Positions 40,147-50,074 of a DNA stretch of 64,000 bases are shown here, in pieces. This DNA comes from Bacteriovoracaceae bacterium. Lineage in GTDB: Bacteria; Bdellovibrionota; Bacteriovoracia; Bacteriovoracales; Bacteriovoracaceae. The position numbers were made by a program, and so were the translations under genes. Where the stretch lies: contig JBLWTJ010000001.1 in NCBI GenBank assembly GCA_048270185.1, forward strand, positions 352,001-416,000. Direction: 5' to 3'. The notes beneath the pieces are model-generated. The model made no database searches and was not told the DNA's origin. It saw only the letters and a program-made list of their open reading frames with translations. Within the stretch, counting starts at the first letter, position 1; each line of letters begins with the position of its first letter.

Positions 40147-41763
40147 ATGTTAAGAAAACAATCAATGGCCATTGTCATGTCGGCAATACTACTCGCTTCT
40201 AGCTGTACTAATAAACAAGAACAATATAATAATCGAGTTATCTCTTCTGTAAACTTATACGGCCCAGAAGTTGAAACGTATTACGATCATGAACACTTAG
40301 AAAACTTTCAAAATAGAATTGAAGAAATCCTCGTATGGCGCCACAAGGCCATTGACTTCATTATCGAGTTAGAAAATCAAAAAGTTTTAAAGAGTAATCA
40401 AATAACAAAAATTCATGAAGAAGGTACTGAAACATATAAGAGTTTTCGTGATGCTGTTTGGCCTAATGTCGAAGACGCCAAATGGATTACAGATAAGTAT
40501 AATGAAATAAATATTATCAAAGAAGGAAGAACTGAAATTCTCAAAAAGAAAAAGAAAGTCAAAAAGCCTGGTCCAGGAAATCGAAAACATGACTCACAAA
40601 ATTATCGCTGGGTAAAATACAAAGAGATTAATATCAATCCACAAGATGAGCTTGGTAAGAGTCTTATCTATGATATCAAAACGGCCATCGCAACTTCCGT
40701 TGTAATGTATGACAACTACATGATCGTCTTATCACAAATTCAAGAGATGAAAAAAATTCGCCACCTCATTAACTATGACAATGCCGAACTTAAGAATCAA
40801 TTAGCAAAGATTACTTTCAGCTATAACAAATATGATAATTATAATCGAATCGAAAGAGGTCTAAATCTCTATAATGAGTTAAATGCATACAATATTGAAA
40901 ATGATATTATCCCTGATCGAGCTAATTACTATCTTGACTCACTCATTCAATCTTCTCAATCATTTGTAAAATTGAATAAAGATTTTAAGAAAGGTATTTT
41001 TGGCCGTAAGGTTACAATGATCTGGCGCTATATTAAGGACTACTTTAAAGAGAGTAAGAATAATACTACTCACATCATTTCAAAAGGCTTCGGAAATGGA
41101 GCAGGACTTGTGCAAACAAGAAAGGGAAAACTATATAACCCATCTCCAGAAAGAGTCGCAGAACTAGAGTCGCAATTAGAACCACTAGATGTCCTATTAG
41201 AGAAAACTCCATTTCGTCTAACCGATAAGTTTATCCCAGGACACTGGGGCCATGTAGCGATTTGGACAGGAAATAAGAAACAATTACAAGAGTTAGGAGT
41301 ATGGGATCACCCTGAAGTTGTTCCGTTCCATGACGAGATTGAGAATAAAGGAAAGAGAATTATTGAAGCTCTACGCCCCGGAGTTCAGTACAATACTCTT
41401 CATCACTTCATGGATATCGATGATTTTGCGGCCGTTCGATACCAAAAAGAATTAACAAGAGAACAAAAACAAAACTATTTAATCAATGCATTCAAGCAAG
41501 TTGGAAAAGTATACGACTTTAATTTTGACGTTGAAACTGATGAGAGAATTGTTTGTTCAGAACTAGCTTATGTTACATTTGATGACATGGACTGGCCTGT
41601 TGCTAAAGCGGCCGGGCGCTATACGATTTCACCAGATAATGTTGGTGAAAAAGTTGGAGATCAACTTGAGTTCTCTACTGTTGTTTTAATTCATGACGGT
41701 AAAGAAGTTAGTGACAACTTAAATGCAAGCTTTAGAAAACTAATGAAAGATAGTACTTTATAA
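40147..41763 (+). CDS. Lipoprotein with a C-terminal YiiX/YebB-like permuted papain (NlpC/P60) domain
   Basis: Lipobox ASSC; WGHVAIW, IIEA, YDF and VCSELA motifs. Confidence 0.8.
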   Translation: MLRKQSMAIVMSAILLASSCTNKQEQYNNRVISSVNLYGPEVETYYDHEHLENFQNRIEEILVWRHKAIDFIIELENQKVLKSNQITKIHEEGTETYKSFRDAVWPNVEDAKWITDKYNEINIIKEGRTEILKKKKKVKKPGPGNRKHDSQNYRWVKYKEININPQDELGKSLIYDIKTAIATSVVMYDNYMIVLSQIQEMKKIRHLINYDNAELKNQLAKITFSYNKYDNYNRIERGLNLYNELNAYNIENDIIPDRANYYLDSLIQSSQSFVKLNKDFKKGIFGRKVTMIWRYIKDYFKESKNNTTHIISKGFGNGAGLVQTRKGKLYNPSPERVAELESQLEPLDVLLEKTPFRLTDKFIPGHWGHVAIWTGNKKQLQELGVWDHPEVVPFHDEIENKGKRIIEALRPGVQYNTLHHFMDIDDFAAVRYQKELTREQKQNYLINAFKQVGKVYDFNFDVETDERIVCSELAYVTFDDMDWPVAKAAGRYTISPDNVGEKVGDQLEFSTVVLIHDGKEVSDNLNASFRKLMKDSTL

Positions 41764-42246
41764 TCGATTTAAAACAGAGAATTTCCAAGCTGGGGAATTC
41801 TCTGTTTTTTCAAAGAATACCTCTTCACTCACACTAAATTCACTTCGGTCAAACTCTGGAAAGAAGACATCCGCTTCCCCCTCAAAATCAACTTCTGTTA
41901 AATAGATGCGATCAACTTTTGGAAGATAGTATTCATAAATAAATGAGCCGCCAATGACCACGGCCTCTTCACAACCGGAATCATTTAAGTCTTTTAAGAC
42001 TTTCACAGGATCACTAAAGACATCACATCCTTCAATAGAAAGACTAGCATCACGAGAGATGACGATATTGCGTCTCTTTGGTAGGGGTCTACCGATTGAA
42101 TCATAGGTCTTTCGGCCCATGATAATCGGCTTGCCCGATGTAATTTTCTTGAAGTTTTTAAGGTCCTCGCTAATATGCCAGAGTAAATCATTACCCTTTC
42201 CAATTTCGCGATTCTTCCCTATTCCAACAATAAGTGACAGGATCAA
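41758..42246 (-). CDS. folA: Dihydrofolate reductase
   Basis: [26 protein letters not shown] and VIGG motifs. Confidence 0.95.
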   Translation of the reverse strand: MILSLIVGIGKNREIGKGNDLLWHISEDLKNFKKITSGKPIIMGRKTYDSIGRPLPKRRNIVISRDASLSIEGCDVFSDPVKVLKDLNDSGCEEAVVIGGSFIYEYYLPKVDRIYLTEVDFEGEADVFFPEFDRSEFSVSEEVFFEKTENSPAWKFSVLNRL

Positions 42247-43040
42247 ACTGAAACTTCCCCAGCAATATGTGGATGGGCCACATAGTCTTGAAGTTTAAAA
42301 TCAGCTGAAGTGAATTCAAAGATTGAAGTAATTTCAGGGTTGATCCACATCTTTGGAAGTGAATGCGGCTCACGTGTCAGTTGAAGCTTTGCTTGATCTA
42401 GGTGATTTAAGTAGAGATGAGCATCACCCATCGTGTGAACAAACTCTCCTAATTTAAGGCCTGTAACCTGTGCTAGCATCATTGTCAGCAGTGCATATGA
42501 AGCGATATTAAATGGAACACCTAGGAAGATATCGGCCGAGCGTTGATAAAGCTGGCATGATAATTTCATATCTGGTGAAACATAGAATTGAATGAATGAG
42601 TGACATGGCGGAAGGGCCATATTATCAACATCGGCCGGGTTCCAAGCAGTCAGAATATGACGACGAGAGAATGGGTTCTCACGCAGGCCTTTAACAAGAT
42701 TGGCCACCTGATCAACTTCATCACCATTTGGAGTTTTCCAATGACGCCATTGATAACCATATACTGGGCCAAGATCACCATTTTCGTCGGCCCACTCGTC
42801 CCAGATACGAACTTTATTTTCTTTAAGATATGCAATATTTGTATCACCCTTTAGAAACCAGAGAAGTTCGTGGATGATTGAGCGCAGGTGACACTTCTTT
42901 GTCGTTACAAGAGGAAAGCCCTCTTCTAAATTATAACGGGCCTGATAACCAAAAACTGAAAGCGTTCCCGTACCAGTACGATCTTCTTTCTTTTGACCAT
43001 TTTCAAGCACGTGCTTCATTAGATCTAAGTATTGTCTCAT
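42243..43040 (-). CDS. thyA: Thymidylate synthase
   Basis: DRTGTGT, ELLWFL, LPPCH and YQRSAD..LGVPFN motifs. Confidence 0.98.
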   Translation of the reverse strand: MRQYLDLMKHVLENGQKKEDRTGTGTLSVFGYQARYNLEEGFPLVTTKKCHLRSIIHELLWFLKGDTNIAYLKENKVRIWDEWADENGDLGPVYGYQWRHWKTPNGDEVDQVANLVKGLRENPFSRRHILTAWNPADVDNMALPPCHSFIQFYVSPDMKLSCQLYQRSADIFLGVPFNIASYALLTMMLAQVTGLKLGEFVHTMGDAHLYLNHLDQAKLQLTREPHSLPKMWINPEITSIFEFTSADFKLQDYVAHPHIAGEVSV

Positions 43041-43173
43041 CCTTGTGTCTCCCTAGTGTTTCGTGTGTTTGTGCGTGTTAATTCTAAATTTTATTATAGC
43101 TAAATCAGCACGATTTTAATAGCTTGCAACTCGTCAAAAAGGCCCATAAAATATTACAAATAAGGAATAAATT

Positions 43174-44364
43174 ATGACTCAAATTAAGATTGGTTTAGAA
43201 CGACTAAGAGATGACGCATCTCTTCAAAATAAAGTAACTGGAAATATTGCTCTTCTGTGCCATAGCGCAAGTATTGATTCAAAATTCAAAGTTGCACCAC
43301 TCATTTTTAAAGAAATTTTTGGCGAGCGCTTCATCAAATTATTTGGGCCACAACATGGCTTTGTCAGTGACGTCCAAGATAATATGGTTGAAACTGACCA
43401 TTATATTCACCCGTACTTCAATATTCCTGTTTACTCACTTTATAGTGAGACAAGAAGGCCAACAAAAGAGATGCTAAAGGATATTGATACTTTTGTGGTT
43501 GATCTGCAAGATGTCGGAACGCGAGTCTATACCTATATAACAACTGTTACTTACCTACTTGAAGAATGTGCTAAGGAGGGAATAAAGGTTATTATCCTCG
43601 ATCGCCCAAACCCAGTAGGACTTGATAAAATCGAAGGCAATATCTTAGAAACTAAATTTAAGTCCTTCGTTGGTGCCATGGAAATCCCTCAGCGTCACGG
43701 ACTATCAATGGGAGAATATGCCCTATACGCAAAGAAGAAACTTGGGCTTGAAGTCGAACTTGAAGTTATCGAAGTCGCAGCTCTTACAAGAAAGATGCAA
43801 TGGAGACAAACTCAACTTTCATGGGTCAACCCGTCACCAAATCTTCCAACTCCAGAAGGCTCACTTACATTTTGCGGTACAGTTCTATATGAAGGCACAA
43901 ATCTAAGTGAAGGGCGTGGAACAACGAGATCACTTGAGGTTATTGGACATCCGGCCATTGAAGCCTATAGCTTTGTCGAAGAGATCGCACCGGCCATCAA
44001 GGAAATTGACAATGGAAGCTTTATTCTACGCCCAGTAAACTTTATGCCAACATTTAATAAACATGCAGGTGTAGCATGTGGTGGTGTTCATATCCATGTA
44101 ACAAATGAAGAAGAATTCAACTCATGGCAATTATCACAAGTACTATGTCGAGAATTTGCAAGAAAACTAGGAGATAAGTTTTCTTGGGATGAGAAAGATT
44201 ATGAATACTCATTTGGTAACCTTGCAATTGACTTAATCAATGGTAGTGAGTTTGTTAAAGAATGGGTCGAGAGATATGGTAGTGTAAGTGAACTTCGAGA
44301 GTTTGAAATCCAAGGACACGAAGCTTATCTAAAAGACATCGAATCAATTAAAATTTACAAATAA
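43174..44364 (+). CDS. namZ: Exo-beta-N-acetylmuramidase NamZ (DUF1343) family
   Basis: LFGPQHG, YSLY, DLQDVGTRVYTY, LDRPNP, PSPN and SEGRGT motifs. Confidence 0.88.
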   Translation: MTQIKIGLERLRDDASLQNKVTGNIALLCHSASIDSKFKVAPLIFKEIFGERFIKLFGPQHGFVSDVQDNMVETDHYIHPYFNIPVYSLYSETRRPTKEMLKDIDTFVVDLQDVGTRVYTYITTVTYLLEECAKEGIKVIILDRPNPVGLDKIEGNILETKFKSFVGAMEIPQRHGLSMGEYALYAKKKLGLEVELEVIEVAALTRKMQWRQTQLSWVNPSPNLPTPEGSLTFCGTVLYEGTNLSEGRGTTRSLEVIGHPAIEAYSFVEEIAPAIKEIDNGSFILRPVNFMPTFNKHAGVACGGVHIHVTNEEEFNSWQLSQVLCREFARKLGDKFSWDEKDYEYSFGNLAIDLINGSEFVKEWVERYGSVSELREFEIQGHEAYLKDIESIKIYK

Positions 44365-44395
44365 AAAAGGCCTCTTTAAAAGAGGCCTTTTTTTT
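44363..44395. terminator. Bidirectional intrinsic terminator
   Basis: AAAAAAGGCCTCTTTAAAAGAGGCCTTTTTTTT between convergent genes. Confidence 0.9.
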
Positions 44396-44397
44396 AT

Positions 44398-45909
44398 TTA
44401 CTTATAAGCTTTCATTTGACCAGATCTAAAACGACTTAGATAATCATTTGTCTTCTCTTTAAGAATATCAGAGAAACAAATCATTCCGATGATATTTGGG
44501 AATGCGATTGAAAGTAACATTAAGTCAGCAAAGTCTAGAACGTGTCCGATCTGTAGAACAGGACCAATTATAATGATGAATACATATATTAAGCGATAAA
44601 ACTTTACACTTGAATAACCGAAACGTTTTTCGAATAAGAATAGAGTTGCACGCTCACCATAGTATGACCAAGAAATAACTGTTGAATAGGCAAAAACACA
44701 AATAGCAATCAGAAGACAATATGGCGCCCATTCACCTAGTGTAGCAAAAGCGTAAGCTGTCATTTCAACACCCTTACCAGCAACACTTGGCTCAACATAA
44801 GCACCTGTCACAAGAAGTGTAAGAGCTGTAATTGTACAAACGATATGTGTATCAATAACAGGCCCAATCATTGCAACAATCCCCTCTCTTACAGGCTCAC
44901 TTGTTTTTGCCGCAGAGTGAGCGATCGCCGCAGAACCAAGTCCTGCCTCATTTGAGAAAGACGCACGCTGAATACCAACTAGCATAACTGCAAACGCCCC
45001 ACCAAAGGCAGCATCAGGATTCATCGCCTCTTTAAAGATAAGAGCAAAGATATGTGGAACTTCACCAATATTTGATAAAATAATTGCAAGACATGTTAGT
45101 ACATAGAATGCACACATAAGAGGGACAAGTTTTGAAGTTACCGTTCCAATTTTCTTAATTCCACCAATAAGAACGACACCAGCAAGGAAAGCTAGCACAA
45201 TACCAACAATCCATGGAGAAGCTTCAGGGTGTTGATCCGCAATGATCTTATAAGTTTGGTTTGCTTGGAAAAGGTTTCCCCCACCAAAAGATGCACCAAT
45301 TGTCATAATAGCATAGAAAATTCCTAGGTACTTCCCTACAACAATGAACTTAGATTTTTTGAAAACTTCAGTTAGGTAGACCATTGGGCCACCAAGCATA
45401 TCGCCATTACTAGTTTTTGTTTTAAACATTTGACCGAATGTAGATGAAGCAAATTTCATCGACATACCAAAGAAAGCAATAATCCACAGCCATAGAACAA
45501 CACCAGGGCCACCTTTACCAATTGCAAGAGCAACACCTGCAATATTTCCAAGTCCAACGGTTGCCGAAAGAGCAGAAGTCAGAGCTTGAAAGTGAGTAAT
45601 ATCACCTTCATCTTCTGGGTTGTCATACTTACCGCGAATAACGTCAATTGAATGTTTAAATAGTCGGACATTGATAAAACCGAAACGCAGCGTGAAGAAA
45701 AGTCCACCTAGTACCATAACAAATAAAATTAATGGCATTTGAATAATTGGGATTTTCCAAAATAGGACAGGAAAATAGTATCCATTAATAGTCCCGAAAA
45801 ATTCATTAACTTTTTCTTGTAGATCCAGCTCATTTTGAGCGTAAGTGCTGAGGCTAATGATAGAGAATATAAGTCCCATCATCGCCCTTGTCATTGCGAT
45901 TCTAATCAT
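44398..45909 (-). CDS. Alanine/glycine:cation symporter (AGCS family)
   Basis: ATVGLGNIAGVA, GGPG, GGPM and FSNEAGLGSA motifs. Confidence 0.95.
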   Translation of the reverse strand: MIRIAMTRAMMGLIFSIISLSTYAQNELDLQEKVNEFFGTINGYYFPVLFWKIPIIQMPLILFVMVLGGLFFTLRFGFINVRLFKHSIDVIRGKYDNPEDEGDITHFQALTSALSATVGLGNIAGVALAIGKGGPGVVLWLWIIAFFGMSMKFASSTFGQMFKTKTSNGDMLGGPMVYLTEVFKKSKFIVVGKYLGIFYAIMTIGASFGGGNLFQANQTYKIIADQHPEASPWIVGIVLAFLAGVVLIGGIKKIGTVTSKLVPLMCAFYVLTCLAIILSNIGEVPHIFALIFKEAMNPDAAFGGAFAVMLVGIQRASFSNEAGLGSAAIAHSAAKTSEPVREGIVAMIGPVIDTHIVCTITALTLLVTGAYVEPSVAGKGVEMTAYAFATLGEWAPYCLLIAICVFAYSTVISWSYYGERATLFLFEKRFGYSSVKFYRLIYVFIIIIGPVLQIGHVLDFADLMLLSIAFPNIIGMICFSDILKEKTNDYLSRFRSGQMKAYK

Positions 45910-46092
45910 TCAACAATCCTTTGTTTTTTGTTCGTGTCTCGAAATTACTTAGCGTATTTTCAATCTTTTTAAATTTTTGTGTCTGTGTCTTCAGTAAATT
46001 TTATCGAAAGTTTATCGAACTTGTCACCTTTTTTATTTTATAGTCATTCAAAATCGGTTATTCTAAATTCATTATAAAAAAGGAGTACCCAA

Positions 46093-46302
46093 GTGAGTAA
46101 ACTACCGACACTTGAAGAAGCGATTGAAATTATCCGCCCACTTGTTAAATTTTCTACGATTGATAATCAAAAGCATATCGACCTATCAGTTGCCACTGCT
46201 GACAAGAGAGTACTTAGTCAACAGGCCCTGATGGTTATCAAATCATCAATTGACTTAGGTCAGACAGATCAACAAACAATTAATGAAAAATTAGGGCTCT
46301 AA
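46093..46302 (+). CDS. Small hypothetical protein
   Basis: AGGAG SD, GTG start, 69 aa, hairpin at the stop codon. Confidence 0.7.
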   Translation: MSKLPTLEEAIEIIRPLVKFSTIDNQKHIDLSVATADKRVLSQQALMVIKSSIDLGQTDQQTINEKLGL

Positions 46303-46460
46303 TAGGCCCTAAATATACTTAAATTATATGCTAAGTCTCTGATTTATTATGAATAAAACCCAGGAATATGCGAATCTATAAATTCGTTCAATTTATAATC
46401 ACTAACGAAATTCTTACACTAGGCCAACGTCAAAGTCTTTGACGATGTTACTATATCCTT

Positions 46461-46799
46461 ATGAAAGCACCACTACTTGCTCTATTGATCATATTATCTA
46501 GCACGCAAATTTTTGCTGCCATCCCATTTAATGGCGACGATGAAAGAACAATTTCAATCCCAACCCAGATTGAAAAGCAAGATATAACAATTGATCGAAT
46601 AACAATGAAGATGAATCTCCTTCTTATAAAATATGGAGAGATTAACAGTGTTCAAGAAGATCTTGATCTTGAGTTCAATGAGTTAGTTGAAGAAGTTGAG
46701 CATTTAAATAATTTTAAGGGTGTTATTGAGCTAAGATACTTAGAAAACCTAGAAGAAAATATTGAATTACTTCATCAAGAAATTAATCTGATGAATTAA
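46461..46799 (+). CDS. Secreted acidic helical hypothetical protein
   Basis: Signal peptide; TGtTACTAT-N6-ATG. Confidence 0.65.
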   Translation: MKAPLLALLIILSSTQIFAAIPFNGDDERTISIPTQIEKQDITIDRITMKMNLLLIKYGEINSVQEDLDLEFNELVEEVEHLNNFKGVIELRYLENLEENIELLHQEINLMN

Positions 46800-46831
46800 A
46801 AACCTCCCCCCCATAATTGATATTACTAAGA

Positions 46832-46859
46832 AAGCGAGGCCTTAGACCTCGCTTCTTTT
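46832..46859. terminator. Intrinsic terminator between convergent genes
   Basis: AAGCGAGG-N7-CCTCGCTT followed by CTTTT. Confidence 0.75.
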
Positions 46860-46868
46860 GCCTTTAAA

Positions 46869-47567
46869 TTAATTTTTGAATGACTGATAGATCAGAGAGT
46901 AATCACTGCCCCTGTAGTCTCTAATAAAGATTTCACTTTGCTCACGTACCATTCCGTAATAGCGAGAGCTTGAATCAATATCAACACGGTACTGATAAGA
47001 ACGATATAAATAATAGCTACCATCAGAATGCTTTGTATAAATACCGATATCAACGCGATTATCAGCTAAGAAGTGATAAACCTGATAGCGAGCACCGACT
47101 TGCTCTTGCACCTTAGGGATACTTCCAACATTATTAAGAGTGTAGTCACAAATTGTTTTTAGGTAGAGATTGTTATCTGTTGGAATGGCCGTAATAAAGT
47201 CTCTTGTTGAAGAGTTACGAGATGCGAATGTTGGAGTCGACGTGTAATCATTTGGAACTTCAATATAAACCGAGAGATCAGTTAAATTACGAATCGTGCT
47301 ATCTCCATAGACTTTCTTACGACGAGTGAAAGTAAAACTTTCATTAAAAACATTTCTTAATATATCATCATGATGCCTTTCAAGGGCCTCACAAATACGA
47401 GTTGCACGAGTTAGAGAAAGGTCAGAAAGATCTGTATTTGCTATCTTTAAAGCTTCACCAGCACGAATAACAGGTGAATTTCCATTATCTTCTTCGCTAC
47501 CGTAGTCTTCACAGCTAACGAAACCAAATAATAAACATAAAACAAAAACTAAGTTTAACTTCTTCAC
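46869..47567 (-). CDS. Hypothetical lipoprotein, paralog of 23566..24246
   Basis: GGAGG SD, GTG start, lipobox FVSC. Confidence 0.75.
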   Translation of the reverse strand: MKKLNLVFVLCLLFGFVSCEDYGSEEDNGNSPVIRAGEALKIANTDLSDLSLTRATRICEALERHHDDILRNVFNESFTFTRRKKVYGDSTIRNLTDLSVYIEVPNDYTSTPTFASRNSSTRDFITAIPTDNNLYLKTICDYTLNNVGSIPKVQEQVGARYQVYHFLADNRVDIGIYTKHSDGSYYLYRSYQYRVDIDSSSRYYGMVREQSEIFIRDYRGSDYSLIYQSFKN

Positions 47568-47630
47568 AAACCCTCCAACTATTAATAGTTAAATTATAAG
47601 TGAAAAACGAAAACCATTTCTTTCAAAGTC

Positions 47631-47834
47631 TTACTTTATAACTCGATAGTCAGCTTCAATCACATCGTCGTCATTTGGGCCAGAATTTGTCTTGTAAGAG
47701 TTTTGTTGAGAATAAGATGGATTTGGGCCACTAGAAGTTTTGGCATTTGAAAGCACACCACTATTCTTTAGAAACTTACGAATCGTGATAAATAACCAGT
47801 AGAAAATGGCGGCCTTAATAAGTGCTGCAATCAT
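47631..47834 (-). CDS. Small membrane-anchored protein with C-terminal DVIEADY motif
   Basis: N-terminal TM, disordered linker, acidic tail; TGcTAGATT-N6-ATG. Confidence 0.65.
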   Translation of the reverse strand: MIAALIKAAIFYWLFITIRKFLKNSGVLSNAKTSSGPNPSYSQQNSYKTNSGPNDDDVIEADYRVIK

Positions 47835-47945
47835 GCTTAAAATCTAGCATAAAAGTGCTAAAAATATCATTAAAAATCTTAACTACGTGAAATTATTTTG
47901 CTATAGTGTGAGCAATTTCAAAATTATTAAACATATAGGTATCAT

Positions 47946-49523
47946 ATGACACAAAAATTAAATCTTGTTCACTGGGCCGACATGACGGCAGACCGCATTA
48001 TTCGCCAACATGGAGACAAAGATGATTACGTTGTTGCTAGTGGGATCACTCCTTCAGGTGTTGTTCACTTTGGTAACTTTAGAGAAGTCATCACAACTGA
48101 CCTTGTTGCTCGAGGGCTTCGCGCTCGTGGAAAGAATGTTCGCTTCATCTTTTCTTGGGATGATTACGATACATTCCGTAAGATTCCGGCCAATCTGCCA
48201 AAACAAGATGAGCTGCAAGAGTATCTATTTCAACCAATTGTCGACACACCTGATCCATTTGAAGTTGCAGAAAGTTATGCTGCTCACCACGAGCAAAGCT
48301 TTGAAGCACAACTTGAAAAAGTCGGTGTTGCAGTAGAGCCAATCTATCAAGCAAAGAAATACCGTGCAGGTGATTACAAAGACCAAATCAAACATGCACT
48401 TAACAAGAGATTTGAAATTCGCGATATCTTAAATCAATACAGAAAAGAGCCGTATGGAGATGACTACTATCCAGTGTCAGTTTACTGCGAAAAATATAAG
48501 ACAGATAAAACGACAATTCTTTCATGGGACGGAGAAAGCAAGCTGCGCTACAAGCACAACGAACACGACTATGAAGGTGAAGTTGATTTAAACACAACTA
48601 GCTTAGTTAAACTACCTTGGCGAGTTGACTGGCCAATGAGATGGGCATTTGAAAAAGTAGATTTTGAGCCAGGTGGAAAAGACCATTCTTCTCAAGGAGG
48701 GTCATTTACAACAGCAAAGGACATCGTAAAGATCTTTGACTGGGAAGCCCCAATCTATCTTCAATATGATTTCGTCTCAATCAAGGGCCTTGGTGGAAAA
48801 ATGAGTTCATCAAAAGGAAACCTTGTTACTGTAAACGATATTCTAAAAGTATATGAGCCTGAAATGGTTCGCTGGATCTTTGCTTCATATAAGACAAATG
48901 TTGATTTCGCGATTTCATTTGATCTCGATGTTTTAAAAACTTATGAAGACTATGACCGTCAAGAACGCCTCGCATTTGGAGTAGAGGAAGGTAATGAGAA
49001 GAAAGTTGCTATGGCCAAGAGAGTAATTGAGCTATCGCAAATTAAAGAGATGCCATCAGAGTGTCCATTTCAGCCATCTTTTAGACACCTTTGTAACGTT
49101 TTACAAATTAACGATGGTGATATTGAAGCGGCAAGAGCTTACTATGCAGATCAAATCAAGAACGACAGAGATGAGAGACGCTTTAGAGAAAGAAGTACTT
49201 GTGCCCTTCATTGGCTACAAGAAAATGCTCCAGAGGAATTCAAGTTTGCGATCAATAAAGAAGCTGTTGATATGCCACTAGAAGACAATGTTCGCACCTA
49301 CCTCGATAAATTAGTTGCTCTTTGTGAATCTGAGTGGGAATCAATTGCAGATGATAAAGAATTCAATGATAAGATGTATGAGATTATGCATGAGCTTGAA
49401 CTTAAGCCAGCAGATATCTTTGCACCTATTTATCAAAAATTAATTTCTCGTGAAAAGGGACCAAAGCTTGCAGGCTTTATCCGCACTATTGGTAAAGAGC
49501 GAGTGATTAAACTTCTAAAATAA
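47946..49523 (+). CDS. lysS: Lysine--tRNA ligase, class I
   Basis: HWAD, SGITPSGVVHFGN (HIGH-like), WRVDWPMRW, EPGGKDH, KMSSSKG and GPKL motifs. Confidence 0.95.
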   Translation: MTQKLNLVHWADMTADRIIRQHGDKDDYVVASGITPSGVVHFGNFREVITTDLVARGLRARGKNVRFIFSWDDYDTFRKIPANLPKQDELQEYLFQPIVDTPDPFEVAESYAAHHEQSFEAQLEKVGVAVEPIYQAKKYRAGDYKDQIKHALNKRFEIRDILNQYRKEPYGDDYYPVSVYCEKYKTDKTTILSWDGESKLRYKHNEHDYEGEVDLNTTSLVKLPWRVDWPMRWAFEKVDFEPGGKDHSSQGGSFTTAKDIVKIFDWEAPIYLQYDFVSIKGLGGKMSSSKGNLVTVNDILKVYEPEMVRWIFASYKTNVDFAISFDLDVLKTYEDYDRQERLAFGVEEGNEKKVAMAKRVIELSQIKEMPSECPFQPSFRHLCNVLQINDGDIEAARAYYADQIKNDRDERRFRERSTCALHWLQENAPEEFKFAINKEAVDMPLEDNVRTYLDKLVALCESEWESIADDKEFNDKMYEIMHELELKPADIFAPIYQKLISREKGPKLAGFIRTIGKERVIKLLK

Positions 49524-49530
49524 ATTTAAA

Positions 49531-50040
49531 TTAAAATATTTTCTTAAAGACTAGGCCATCCTTTGCGATGGCCTTTATTTCAATTGGGTAATTCCTAAAC
49601 TCTTTTAATCTCTTCACAACTTTCATATCACTTTCAGAAAGCATACAAAGACGCAGCCTATCGTGAGCTACTTCACATTGGCTCAGATGAGTATGAGAAA
49701 GACTAAGCTTAATAACCTCTCCCCCAAATCTTCTTGCCTGTGATTCAAGCTCTAGGGTTTGAGACAGAATTCCAGCATAAGTCGAAACACGATTATGAGT
49801 TCCCTTGATAATTTTAGAAAAGAATTTGTGGCCATTATCTAGTTCAAGACAAATCTGTAGCACTTCTCTTTTGACTAAGCCAAAGAGTGCATAAGAATGC
49901 TTTAGAAGATCATATTCATTGCGAGTAATCGGCCGAATCTCCTGTCCATTAAAGAGGACGCGATTATTAATGGCCTTAAGGCCTTCAAAGGATGCACTCA
50001 GGGCGTGAAACTTAATTTGATCATAAAGACTTAATTCCAT
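49531..50040 (-). CDS. JAB/MPN (RadC-like) metal-binding domain protein
   Basis: Upstream Glu (KREV), GTHNRV, SHTH and LSESD. Confidence 0.55.
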   Translation of the reverse strand: MELSLYDQIKFHALSASFEGLKAINNRVLFNGQEIRPITRNEYDLLKHSYALFGLVKREVLQICLELDNGHKFFSKIIKGTHNRVSTYAGILSQTLELESQARRFGGEVIKLSLSHTHLSQCEVAHDRLRLCMLSESDMKVVKRLKEFRNYPIEIKAIAKDGLVFKKIF

Positions 50041-50046
50041 GACTAC

Positions 50047-50074
50047 TAATCGAAATCCTTAAGATAATCGTTAA
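50047..50074 (-). promoter_or_regulatory. Sigma28-type promoter
   Basis: TTAA-N16-TTCGATTA, 6 nt before ATG 50040. Confidence 0.5.

Noticed and set aside
45910..46092. Glycine riboswitch upstream of the Ala/Gly symporter
   Set aside because: No GGAGA / CCGAAG / CTCAGG conserved elements on the minus strand
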